DNA from: Candidatus Iainarchaeum sp.
GTDB lineage: Archaea; Iainarchaeota; Iainarchaeia; Iainarchaeales; CSSED10-239
Assembly (NCBI GenBank): GCA_028700905.1
Contig: JAQVRT010000003.1
Coordinates: 4,212-36,211, forward strand
DNA: 32,000 nt
Reading direction: 5' to 3'
Shown here: piece by piece, positions 7,709 through 16,964 of the stretch
Numbering within the stretch: position 1 is the first letter of the stretch
Layout of the letters: each line of letters starts with the position of its first letter
Program-made: the position numbers and the translations under genes
Notes under the pieces: generated by a model
The model's database searches: none
What the model was told of the DNA's origin: nothing
Seen by the model: the letters and a program-made list of their open reading frames with translations, nothing else

Positions 7709-8458
7709 ATGCAAACAAACAAATATAAGCATTATCTTGACATGCATTGTCATTATGATCAAATACCAATTCAAGATATCAAACTTAAATTTAAAAATGA
7801 AACAATAATAGCAATTGCACAATCAACAAACATAGAAGATTATAGAAAATATCTTGAAATTAAGAAGGAAAATATAGAAAATCTTTATTTTGGATATGGA
7901 TTATATCCAGACAATGTTTTAAAAAAAGATTTTGAAAAAATAGAAAAAGATCTAGAAGAAATTAATTTTAATGAAGCTTTGGTTATTGGAGAAATTGGAA
8001 TGGATAAAAAAATTACAGAAAATCCATTTAATATAGCATTACAAGAAAAATTATTTAGAAAACAAATTGAAATAGCGTCTAGTTTAAATAAACCAATTGT
8101 AGTACATACAAGGGGAGCTGTTAAAGAAAGTTTAGAAATATTAAAATCATATCCAGAAGTTAAAACAATACTTCATTGGTTTACTGCAGAAAAAGAAGAT
8201 ATTCAAGAAGCATTATCAAGAGGATATTTTTTAACAGAAAGATTTGCAAAACCAAAAATTGAAAATATAGAATACTATTTAGATCAAATTTTTATAGAAA
8301 CAGATCTTCCTGTTTGGCAAAATGGAAAAGAAACAACAATTGAAAGTATTAAAGAATCATATGATGTTTTTTCTAAAAAATATAATATTCCTTTAGAAAA
8401 AGTTAAAGAAAAAACAATTAATAACTTTTTAAAACTGTTTCCTACAATAGATATCTAA
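7709..8458 (+). CDS. tatD: TatD-family metal-dependent hydrolase/DNase
   Basis: YLDMHCHYD (HxH), EIGMD, VVHTR, LHWF and IETDLP metal-ligand motifs appear in the canonical TatD order. Confidence 0.8.
   Translation: MQTNKYKHYLDMHCHYDQIPIQDIKLKFKNETIIAIAQSTNIEDYRKYLEIKKENIENLYFGYGLYPDNVLKKDFEKIEKDLEEINFNEALVIGEIGMDKKITENPFNIALQEKLFRKQIEIASSLNKPIVVHTRGAVKESLEILKSYPEVKTILHWFTAEKEDIQEALSRGYFLTERFAKPKIENIEYYLDQIFIETDLPVWQNGKETTIESIKESYDVFSKKYNIPLEKVKEKTINNFLKLFPTIDI
7720..7728 (-). promoter_or_regulatory. TATA-like element positioned for a leaderless methyltransferase transcript
   Basis: The minus strand reads TTATATTT, centred about 26 nt upstream of ATG 7699. It lies inside the first codons of tatD. 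Confidence 0.35.
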
Positions 8459-8475
8459 AATAGATGTGAATAAAT

Positions 8476-9135
8476 ATGAGTGAAGATTTTTTTGAATATA
8501 AAAGTGAAATTAAACCTAAAAAAACTAGTGAAATTAAAGATATAGTTATAGCATGGCTAGGAATCTCTTTATGTTTTGCATTAGTTTTAGGAGGATATAA
8601 TTTATTTAATCTTTCAAACTTTAATAATTTTTCAATAATTACTTTTATATTATTTTTAATAGTTAGTTTAGTTGTAACAGGAACTGCTTTTATTTTACAT
8701 GAACTTGCACATAAGTATGCAGGTATATATTATGGTGCAAAAGCAAAATTTGTAAAATGGAATGGACCTTTATATTTTGCAATGATTTTTGCATTTATTT
8801 TTGGTTTTGTTTTTGTAGCTCCAGGAGCAGTATATATCTATGGAAAAAGACTTTCTGTTAAAGAAAATGGAATTACTTCTGCTGTAGGACCAATTACAAA
8901 TATCATCCTTGCAGGAGTTTTCATACTACTTGCAAGCATAATAACAACACAAAGTACAATAATAGCAATGATTCTATCCTTAGGAATATTAATTAATTTA
9001 TGGATATCTTTTTTTAATTTACTACCATTTGGCCCACTTGATGGAAAAGCTATATTTCTATGGAATCCTTTTTTATGGTTTATTTTAATGGCAATTTCAA
9101 TTGGCGGATATTTATTATTTTCAGGAATTATTTAA
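8476..9135 (+). CDS. M50 site-2-protease-family intramembrane metalloprotease (minimal, no PDZ)
   Basis: HELAHKY (HExxH) in a TM helix plus FNLLPFGPLDG (NxxPxxxLDG). Polytopic. GTGA lies 6 nt upstream of the ATG. Confidence 0.8.
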   Translation: MSEDFFEYKSEIKPKKTSEIKDIVIAWLGISLCFALVLGGYNLFNLSNFNNFSIITFILFLIVSLVVTGTAFILHELAHKYAGIYYGAKAKFVKWNGPLYFAMIFAFIFGFVFVAPGAVYIYGKRLSVKENGITSAVGPITNIILAGVFILLASIITTQSTIIAMILSLGILINLWISFFNLLPFGPLDGKAIFLWNPFLWFILMAISIGGYLLFSGII

Positions 9136-11267
9136 TTAACATATTTTGAAATTCCTGAAAGAACTTGGCCTTGTGAAACTTTATTCTTTAATTTTGAATA
9201 AGTCTTTAAGATTGCATCTTTAGTTAATTTAGATTCCTTATATTTATTTTCTTTTAAAGTTAAAAATACAGATTCAGTTATTAAAAGATTTAAATCTGCA
9301 GGTGAAAAATTAGTTGTAAGATTTACAATTTCATCTAAATCAATTTTATCATGAGGAGTTTTTGATAAAAGAAGAGATAATATTTCTTTTCTTTCTTTAT
9401 TTGTAGGTAATTTAAATTCCATAAATTTATCTATTCTTCCACTTCTTAAAAAAGATTTATCAATTATTTCAGGCCTATTTGTGGCACAAATAAACAAAAC
9501 ATCTTTTCCATTTAAATTATCAAGCTCAGATAAAAGTTGATCTAAGACTTTTATGTTACCTATAGAGTCATCATGTCTTTGAGTAATAGAATCAATTTCA
9601 TCAAAAAATAAAATTGAAGGAGCGACAGATTTAGCTTTTTTAAAAATATGTCTTATTGTTTTTTCTGACTCTCCAACCCATTTATTAAAAATTTCAGGAC
9701 CTTTAATATATAAAAAATTAATTCCATGTTCTTTTGCAGTTGCTTTTACAAAAGAAGTTTTTCCAGTTCCTGGAGGGCCATAGATTAAAATATTTTTAAT
9801 AGTTTTAACATTATACTTTTGTAAAAGACTTTTTCTTTCAAGAGAAAGATTAATTATTTCTGAAAGTGTTTCTTTTTGTTCTTTTAATGCACCTAAGTCA
9901 GAATAACTAATGTTTGGAAGATCAACAAATACTTCTCTTAAAGCAGAAGGTTGAACAACTTTTAAACCTTTTTCAAAGTCATCTTTAGAGATTGCTAAAT
10001 TTTCTAAAATTTTTGAAGAAACTTCTTTTTTAGGAGAAGAAATATCTGAAATTTTACTTTTAATTGCAAGAATTGCAGCTTCTTTTACTAAAGCAGAAAG
10101 ATCTGCACCAACAAAACCATGAGTTACTTGTGCAATTTTTTTTAAATTAACATCTTTTGAAAGAGGAACATTTCTTGTATGTATTTTTAGAATATCAAGT
10201 CTACCTTCTTCATTTGGAACATTAACATCAATCTCTCTATCAAATCTTCCAGGTCTTCTAAGTGCTGGATCAATATCATCTTGTCTGTTAGTTGCACCAA
10301 TAACAATTACATCTCCTCTTGAAGAAGTTCCATCCATAAGCGCTAAAAGTTGTGCAACAACACGTTTCTCAACTTCAGAAATAAATCCATCTCTTTTAGG
10401 AGCAATAGCATCAATTTCATCAATAAATATAATTGCAGGAGTCTTACTTTGTGCTTTCTTAAAAATATTTCTTAATTTTTCTTCAGCTTCTCCAACAAAC
10501 TTAGCCATTATCTGTGGAGCATCTATACCAATAAAATTTGCTTTTAATTCATTTGATAAAGCTTTTGCAAGTAAAGTTTTTCCAGTTCCAGGAGGTCCAT
10601 ATAATAAAATCCCTTTTGGAGGAGTTACATTTAATTTTTCAAAAAATTCAGGATATTTAAAAGGAAGTTCAACCATTTCTCTTATCTTTTCAATTTCTGG
10701 TTTTAATCCTCCAACATCTTCATAACCAATAATTTGTTTAACTTCTTTTTTAGAAGCAGGTTTTTTATTTATTACAAGATTTGTTTCTTCTGAAAGAATA
10801 ACTATTTTTGAAGGAGATGTATTTATTACTTCATAAAGATAATTTGAACCAAAAATATTAATCATAACATGATTACCATTTACAAAAGGCCTACCTAAAA
10901 AATTCTTTTTAATAATTAAATCTTGATTTTCAGAAAATAGATTGACTTCTTTTAAAGGTGCAAGGACAATTTCTTTTGCAACAACAGGTTCAATTTTTTT
11001 AATTGTTACAAAATCACCAATAGAAACATTTGCATTTTTTCTGGTATATTGATCCATTCTAATAATGTTTTCTTCACCAGCTTTATTTTTCTCTGGCCAA
11101 ACTTGTGCAGCAGTAAAATCATCGCCTTTAATTAGAATAATATCTCCTGAAATTATGTTTAGTTTTTGCTTAACCATAATATCAAGCTTAACTATATTTT
11201 TACCTACAAAATCTTCAGAAGCTTCTTGTACTTTAAGTTTAATTGAGTCTTGTTTTTTTTCAACCAT
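9132..11267 (-). CDS. cdc48: Cdc48/VCP-like double AAA+ ATPase
   Basis: N-terminal double-psi-barrel-like domain. Two AAA modules, each with GPPGTGKT Walker A and (I/L)FIDEID or FFDEID Walker B. Pore loops KFVGEAE and KWVGESE. 711 aa. Confidence 0.9.
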   Translation of the reverse strand: MVEKKQDSIKLKVQEASEDFVGKNIVKLDIMVKQKLNIISGDIILIKGDDFTAAQVWPEKNKAGEENIIRMDQYTRKNANVSIGDFVTIKKIEPVVAKEIVLAPLKEVNLFSENQDLIIKKNFLGRPFVNGNHVMINIFGSNYLYEVINTSPSKIVILSEETNLVINKKPASKKEVKQIIGYEDVGGLKPEIEKIREMVELPFKYPEFFEKLNVTPPKGILLYGPPGTGKTLLAKALSNELKANFIGIDAPQIMAKFVGEAEEKLRNIFKKAQSKTPAIIFIDEIDAIAPKRDGFISEVEKRVVAQLLALMDGTSSRGDVIVIGATNRQDDIDPALRRPGRFDREIDVNVPNEEGRLDILKIHTRNVPLSKDVNLKKIAQVTHGFVGADLSALVKEAAILAIKSKISDISSPKKEVSSKILENLAISKDDFEKGLKVVQPSALREVFVDLPNISYSDLGALKEQKETLSEIINLSLERKSLLQKYNVKTIKNILIYGPPGTGKTSFVKATAKEHGINFLYIKGPEIFNKWVGESEKTIRHIFKKAKSVAPSILFFDEIDSITQRHDDSIGNIKVLDQLLSELDNLNGKDVLFICATNRPEIIDKSFLRSGRIDKFMEFKLPTNKERKEILSLLLSKTPHDKIDLDEIVNLTTNFSPADLNLLITESVFLTLKENKYKESKLTKDAILKTYSKLKNKVSQGQVLSGISKYVN

Positions 11268-11347
11268 TAATTATCACTAAAATTAATTTTTTTTAAAAAT
11301 AAGTTTAACAAAATAATATATATTTATGAACCAAAGTGTTTTAATAG

Positions 11348-12157
11348 TTATTTAATTAATTCAAAAGAACCTGGTGGGAGTGAAGAATCAATTTCTTCTT
11401 GAGATAAAGAAATTCCTTTTTTTAAATATAAATTTTTAATTTCTTTTGAAACATCTGATTTCTTTAAACTACCTGGAATTAAATAAAATTCATCTTTTCT
11501 TAAATCTTCTTTATAAGTTAAAAGAATTGGAAAGGGATAAAGACCAAGCTTTGAATCATAAATTAATTTAAGTTTTAAATTTAATTTTTTATAATAAGTT
11601 CTTTTACCTCTTATAACAAAAGCACCAGCCCCCAAAGATTCACCTGTGTTTGCAGTCTTTGAAACTTGATCAGGAGAAACAGAATATACTTCTGCAGAAA
11701 AAGATTTTGTTTTCCAAGCTGATGAAAAAATTAATGCAAAACATGCTGCTTCAATTTTATCTTCTTCTAAAATTTCTTTTTTTAAATCATTTTTTAAAAT
11801 AACATGTGGTGCACCATGAACATCCGCATGAAAATAAAGATCATTTTCTTTTAAATATTTTTTTATTAAAAAATCATTATTTTTAGTATCTTTTCCACCT
11901 AAAACTAAAAAACCATTTGTTGTAAAAAAAAATCTAAATTTATGATACCACTCTTTTTTCTTTTCAGTCTTTTTTAAAACATTTATTTTATTTTTTTGCT
12001 TTTCAAGAATCTTTTTATTTTGGGATTCAATTTTGTTTAAAGTTATGGCTATAGCTTTATTTGCTCCCTCTAATTTAGATTTAAATTTATTTCTTTCTAA
12101 ATATTTATTTTCTGCATTTTTTCCTGCAGACAAAGTATAATTTATTTCAACAGGCAT
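11348..12157 (-). CDS. NFACT-R (DUF814) protein corresponding to the C-terminal half of an Rqc2/NEMF/FbpA homologue
   Basis: GGKDTKNNDFLIKKY...YFHADVHGAPHVILK motif of NFACT-R, preceded by a Lys-rich coiled-coil segment. Only 269 aa, with no NFACT-N domain. Confidence 0.75.
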   Translation of the reverse strand: MPVEINYTLSAGKNAENKYLERNKFKSKLEGANKAIAITLNKIESQNKKILEKQKNKINVLKKTEKKKEWYHKFRFFFTTNGFLVLGGKDTKNNDFLIKKYLKENDLYFHADVHGAPHVILKNDLKKEILEEDKIEAACFALIFSSAWKTKSFSAEVYSVSPDQVSKTANTGESLGAGAFVIRGKRTYYKKLNLKLKLIYDSKLGLYPFPILLTYKEDLRKDEFYLIPGSLKKSDVSKEIKNLYLKKGISLSQEEIDSSLPPGSFELIK

Positions 12158-12159
12158 TA

Positions 12160-12699
12160 CTATTCATTTCCTTGTTCTTCATTTAATAAATCAATTAATA
12201 CATCAATTTCATTTTTATCTTTATAAATTGGAGAAGATAAATAAAAACTAGAAGATTTCTTTATAAAATCATAATAATTTGGAATTTTATAAACATATTT
12301 TTCTCTTAAACTATTATGAAAAGATTCAATATTTTTTGAAAGAAAAGAAATTGCAATATTAAAATCTCCATCAGAAATTACTTGAGAGGCTGATAAAACA
12401 TTTTTATCTTTTTTTAAAATTTCAAGAAATTCTTTTTGTTTTTCTTTTAAAGAAAGATCAACTTGAAAATAAGAAGAAGATTTTAAATTATAGCCAGCAA
12501 TCAAAGGATCTAACAAAGGACGATATCCTAGAATAAATTTTTCATCTTCAAGAAAATCAATTGAAGATTTTATTGTAGCTCTATGAAAACCAGTAATTTT
12601 TTTTATCTGTCTTACATTTGGAACTACAGCTCCTTTTCTTGTCATTGCAGATAAAATCTTTACTCTTATAGGATCATTTATTTTCTTTACAACAGCCAT
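12160..12699 (-). CDS. winged-helix transcriptional regulator (ArsR/Lrp-like N-terminus plus uncharacterised C-terminal domain)
   Basis: DPIRVKILSAM...VRQIKKITGFHRATIKSSIDFLEDEKFI looks like a wHTH. Its stop is 2 nt before the NFACT-R start, so the two genes are probably co-transcribed. Confidence 0.5.
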   Translation of the reverse strand: MAVVKKINDPIRVKILSAMTRKGAVVPNVRQIKKITGFHRATIKSSIDFLEDEKFILGYRPLLDPLIAGYNLKSSSYFQVDLSLKEKQKEFLEILKKDKNVLSASQVISDGDFNIAISFLSKNIESFHNSLREKYVYKIPNYYDFIKKSSSFYLSSPIYKDKNEIDVLIDLLNEEQGNE

Positions 12700-12874
12700 A
12701 TATAATCAATATAAATATATATTAAAACATAATAAAAACATAATGGTTGTACAAAATATAACAATTAAATAAAAATATCATAATTTATCTAAAAAAAATA
12801 CATTTATAAGCATTTATGATATATATTATATTATAAACATCTAATTTTTTAAAAACTTTAAAAAATGAAAAACT

Positions 12875-13078
12875 ATGGAAAAATTAACAAAATATGAAAT
12901 AACTAGAATACTATCTGCTCGTGCAGAGCAAATAGCTTATGGTGCACCTCCTTTAGTAAGAAGTACAAAGGAAGATACAGCATATATTCTAGCAGAAAAA
13001 GAATATTTAAAAAAAACAATACCATTAGCAGTTATTAGAGAAGTTAATGGAGAAAGACAAATTATAAGTGTGAATTAA
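12875..13078 (+). CDS. rpoK: DNA-directed RNA polymerase subunit K (Rpo6)
   Basis: LTKYEITRILSARAEQIAYGAPPLV ... IPLAVIRE matches the Rpo6/RpoK core. 67 aa. Confidence 0.8.
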   Translation: MEKLTKYEITRILSARAEQIAYGAPPLVRSTKEDTAYILAEKEYLKKTIPLAVIREVNGERQIISVN

Positions 13079-13080
13079 TT

Positions 13081-13350
13081 ATGGGAAAAGCAGTATCAAA
13101 TAATATAAAAGCAAAAGCAAAAATAATAATGACAGAATTTAGTGACAAAGTCGGAATTGAATTTGAAACTAACAAAAATTTTTTAAAAAGCATGAAACTT
13201 CCTTTATCAAAATTAACAATTAATTTAATGGCAGGTTACATGACAAGAACTCTTAGAAAAGAGCAAAAAGAAAAAGAAATGCTTGAACAAAAAATGGATG
13301 TTACAAAAACACCTATTAAACAAGCAAAAGACACTAAAATACATGGTTAA
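13081..13350 (+). CDS. rps17e: 30S ribosomal protein eS17
   Basis: MGKAVSNNIKAKAK...EFETNKNFL...LMAGYMTR follows the eS17 N-terminal pattern (MGxxRxKxxK ... NK ... AGY). GTGA lies 7 nt upstream of the ATG. Confidence 0.7.
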   Translation: MGKAVSNNIKAKAKIIMTEFSDKVGIEFETNKNFLKSMKLPLSKLTINLMAGYMTRTLRKEQKEKEMLEQKMDVTKTPIKQAKDTKIHG

Positions 13351-13375
13351 TTTTTAACCATCTACTTTTATTTTT

Positions 13376-14404
13376 TTAAAATAATTTATATCTTAAAACA
13401 GATATAATTCCACCAAAAGAATTTAATGTTTTAATTACTTCATCATGTCTTTCATCAACTACATGAACTTTTGTTTTATATTTTTCAGCTTCTTTAATTA
13501 AATTTTGTATTTTATCAATATCTTTTTGCCAAAGAGAATAAGAGATTAAAATAAAATCACAAGCCCCTGTTTTTAAAACATTTAAAATTTCTGTGTACCC
13601 ATAAATTGCAAGAGAATTATCTTTTCCAAGATTTTCTTTAAAAGAATCAATCATATTTTTTTCTTTAACAATAATTGAATTTTCAAAAAATTTTAATATT
13701 TCTTTTTTACCTAAAAGCTCATTTATTGCAGATTTAGAAGTGCTTGAAAGATTTACAACTAAAGAAGAAATATTGTATTTTTCAACTAAATATCTTGAAA
13801 ATAAATTTTTAGTACCTCCAGGACCTGCAATTATTAATTGTTCTTTATTATTTGAAATTACAGAATAGATCGATTCAAAAAAGTTAGTAAAGTCAAAAGA
13901 TTGGTTATATCTCTTCCCATGTTTTCCAGATTTTATATTTGCAATATTTTCATTAGATATACCTGATAACATATAAATTTCAGAGATTTCATCATCTAAA
14001 ATAACAACATTAATTTTATTTTTTAAAGAAGATGCTTTTTTTAAAAGATCAATCTGAAAATCAAAAAGTTCTTTTTTAATAATTGAAAATTTATTTAAAA
14101 GAGAAACTTCTATGGTGTGATATTCTCCCAAGGGTGCAAAATCTTCTGGTTTTGAAAAAATTATTCTCCCTGTAAACCTTAGAGAATTAAGAGTTGAAGA
14201 ATAATCTTTTTTTTCAACATCAATTTTTACAAAAACAGGTTTTCTATCACTTTCTCCAGTTTGTTCATTTTTAAGTCTTCTATAAGAACTACCACTAATA
14301 ACATCTCCTTCTAAAACAATAGTTTTAATTACCCACAAATCTTCTATTGTTTGAGGAATAAAAACAATTTCTTTTGTTTTATAATCAATGTTTATAATAT
14401 TCAT
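13376..14404 (-). CDS. pelA: Pelota (Dom34) ribosome-rescue factor
   Basis: N-terminal IPQTIEDLWVIKTIVLEGDVISGSSYRR Sm-like domain, a central domain, and an eRF1-domain-3-like C-terminus. 342 aa. Confidence 0.85.
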   Translation of the reverse strand: MNIINIDYKTKEIVFIPQTIEDLWVIKTIVLEGDVISGSSYRRLKNEQTGESDRKPVFVKIDVEKKDYSSTLNSLRFTGRIIFSKPEDFAPLGEYHTIEVSLLNKFSIIKKELFDFQIDLLKKASSLKNKINVVILDDEISEIYMLSGISNENIANIKSGKHGKRYNQSFDFTNFFESIYSVISNNKEQLIIAGPGGTKNLFSRYLVEKYNISSLVVNLSSTSKSAINELLGKKEILKFFENSIIVKEKNMIDSFKENLGKDNSLAIYGYTEILNVLKTGACDFILISYSLWQKDIDKIQNLIKEAEKYKTKVHVVDERHDEVIKTLNSFGGIISVLRYKLF

Positions 14405-14410
14405 AAAAAA

Positions 14411-15931
14411 TCATTTTTTTAAAAGAGATTTCTCCATATCCTTTGGTATTTTTTCATCTAAAATATCTAAAATTGTAGGAGCGATATTTGCAAGAGTAGG
14501 TTTTTTAATATTTTTTTTCAAAGAAAATTTATCAGAAACTAAAATAAATGGAACTTTATTTAAGCTATGAGCTGTACTAATAGATTTATTTGGATAAATC
14601 ATTTCATCACAATTTCCATGGTCTGCAGTAATAATTAATGTTGTTTTCTGATCAATAGTTTTTAATATTTTATTAATGGAATCATCCATATATTCTAAAG
14701 AAGAAATTGTAGATTGTAAATTTCCTGTATGCCCAACCATATCTCCATTTGCAAAATTAATAACCATTAATTTATAATTTTTTTTAATTGCAGGGAGTAT
14801 TTTTTTAATTAATTTTAAAAGAGACATTTCAGGCATAAGATCATAAGTTGCAATTTTTGGAGAAGGCACTAATATCCTATCTTCATTTTTATTTGCATTT
14901 TCTTGACCTTGATTGAAAAAATAAGTTACATGCGCGTATTTTTCAGTTTCTGCAGCCCTTAATTGTTTATAACCAAGCTTTGAAATTATTTGTCCTAAAC
15001 CTGTTGCAGGTTTTAAAGGAGGAAAAATAACATTTATATTTTTAAAATTTTTATCATATTGAGTAAAAGAATAAAAATTAAGATTTAGTTTTTTAGTTTT
15101 AAAACTTTTAAAAGATTTATCTATAAAAGCACTTGTCATTGCTCTTGCTCTATCACTTCTAAAATTAAAAAATAAAACAGTGTCTTTATTTTTAATTAAA
15201 GCATTTTTATCAAATAAAGTTGGAATTAAAAATTCATCTGTAATCCCTTTTTTATAACTTTTTTTAACAAAAACAGATTTACTATCATCATGATTACCTT
15301 CACCTGTAACCATTATCTTATATGCTTTTTCAATACGATCCCATTTATGATCTCTATCCATTGCATAATATCTTCCTGCAAGACTTGCAATCTCAACTAC
15401 ATGTTCTAATTTTTTTTTATAGATGTATTTTTTTAAACTTGAAATGTATTCTAGAATAGATTTTGGAGGAACATCTCTACCATCACCAAAAAGATGTAAG
15501 TATACTTTTTTTAATTTTCTTAATTTAACCATATCCATTAATGCAAATAAATGATTAATATGAGAATGAACTCCACCATCACTTAAAAGACCCATAATAT
15601 GTAAAGAGTTATCTTTTTTAACATCCTTAAAAGCTTGATTTAATATTTTATTTTTAAAAAAAGATTTATCTTTTATTGATCGATTAATTCTTTCAATATC
15701 TGAAAGAACAATTTTTCCTGCACCAATAGTTAAATGACCTATCTCAGAACCACCAATCTGTCCTTTTGAAAGCCCAACATATTCTTCACTTGCACCTAAC
15801 TCTAAATAAGGATATTTTTTAATTAAAGAATCTAATGTTTTTGTATTTGCTAAAAACGGAGCATTTCCTGGGTATTCTTTATTTACTCCTACACCATCTA
15901 ATATAAGTAAAAGTACTTTTTGATCATTCAT
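14411..15931 (-). CDS. gpmI: 2,3-bisphosphoglycerate-independent phosphoglycerate mutase, bacterial GpmI type
   Basis: LLILDGVG, GGSEIGHLTIGAG, GGVHSH, GDMVGHTG and ADHGN motifs. 506 aa. GGTGA lies 8 nt upstream. The start overlaps the priL 3' end by 8 nt. Confidence 0.9.
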   Translation of the reverse strand: MNDQKVLLLILDGVGVNKEYPGNAPFLANTKTLDSLIKKYPYLELGASEEYVGLSKGQIGGSEIGHLTIGAGKIVLSDIERINRSIKDKSFFKNKILNQAFKDVKKDNSLHIMGLLSDGGVHSHINHLFALMDMVKLRKLKKVYLHLFGDGRDVPPKSILEYISSLKKYIYKKKLEHVVEIASLAGRYYAMDRDHKWDRIEKAYKIMVTGEGNHDDSKSVFVKKSYKKGITDEFLIPTLFDKNALIKNKDTVLFFNFRSDRARAMTSAFIDKSFKSFKTKKLNLNFYSFTQYDKNFKNINVIFPPLKPATGLGQIISKLGYKQLRAAETEKYAHVTYFFNQGQENANKNEDRILVPSPKIATYDLMPEMSLLKLIKKILPAIKKNYKLMVINFANGDMVGHTGNLQSTISSLEYMDDSINKILKTIDQKTTLIITADHGNCDEMIYPNKSISTAHSLNKVPFILVSDKFSLKKNIKKPTLANIAPTILDILDEKIPKDMEKSLLKK

Positions 15932-16919
15932 TTATCTTTTCACCTTTTTTAATATTTTTAAATAATTGAAAAGGATGTTTTGTTTTACAATCATTAACAC
16001 ATAAACCATTACTTTTAAGAGTATCACAGTTTGGAACAGAATATTGTTTTTCAATAATTTTTTGGATTTGATAACTTGCAATTTTTTCATCATAGTTTGG
16101 TAAATTTTTAAAAAGATGTAAAATTTCATCAAAATTATAACCAATATTTGATAAAAAAACAGCTATATAAAAATTTTCAATATGAGATAGTTTTTCTCCA
16201 CCAATAAGTTTATTATATATTTTCAAAAAACATGGAGGAAAGGTATTAACTTCTGGTTTATTAATTGTTTTAATATCAAAAGTATTCTCAGAAATAACCT
16301 TCTTTCTAATATAATCTCCATATTCTAAAAATAATTTAGGAAGTTCTTTTTTTTCAAGATCGATATTTTTTAAAATTCTTTTCTTTAAAATAACTGATAA
16401 TAAATCAATTACTTCTAATTTTGTAAAATAAATTTTTCCATCATCTAAATTAGAATATTGAAGTTTATAATCATCTGTTAAGTTTAAGGACAAATAATTT
16501 ACAAGATCTAAATAATATTTATTTTTATCATCATCAAATTTAATGTATTTACAAAGATCATCTTGTATTTCTTTAAATTCTTCTTTATCTAAAAGTTGTT
16601 TTAAATAATAATTTAGTTGTTTTTGATAATATTCACCAAATCTTTGATAAAGAGGGTTATAATCTACAACATTTAAAAGAATTCTTGATAAAGGATAAAG
16701 TGTTGCAAACATCTTTGCAATTCTTTCATCATCAATTCTTAAATATTCTTTCCATTGTTTTTCATTTTCTTGTATGTCTTGAAAAATAGTTTTTAAAATA
16801 AATAAAGTTGCTTTTTTTATAGTTTCTTCATTTATTGAAAAAAGATCTATTTCTTTTGATTCTAAATATTCTTTTGCTTTATTTGAAAAAGGATATTTAA
16901 TAATATAATTATAAGACAT
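15924..16919 (-). CDS. priL: DNA primase large (regulatory) subunit
   Basis: FPPCFLKIY plus C-terminal PNCDTLKSNGLCVNDC give the four Cys of the PriL Fe-S domain. Helical N-terminal domain. 331 aa. Confidence 0.8.
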   Translation of the reverse strand: MSYNYIIKYPFSNKAKEYLESKEIDLFSINEETIKKATLFILKTIFQDIQENEKQWKEYLRIDDERIAKMFATLYPLSRILLNVVDYNPLYQRFGEYYQKQLNYYLKQLLDKEEFKEIQDDLCKYIKFDDDKNKYYLDLVNYLSLNLTDDYKLQYSNLDDGKIYFTKLEVIDLLSVILKKRILKNIDLEKKELPKLFLEYGDYIRKKVISENTFDIKTINKPEVNTFPPCFLKIYNKLIGGEKLSHIENFYIAVFLSNIGYNFDEILHLFKNLPNYDEKIASYQIQKIIEKQYSVPNCDTLKSNGLCVNDCKTKHPFQLFKNIKKGEKINE

Positions 16920-16964
16920 AAATATATTTAGTAGATGAAAAGAAATAAAAACATGTTAGATTAA

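Noticed and set aside
9132-11267. A possible C-terminal HbYX proteasome-docking motif on Cdc48.
   Set aside because: The protein ends ...SKYVN. The Tyr is third from the end rather than penultimate, so the canonical hydrophobic-Tyr-X tail is not present. No claim can be made from this.
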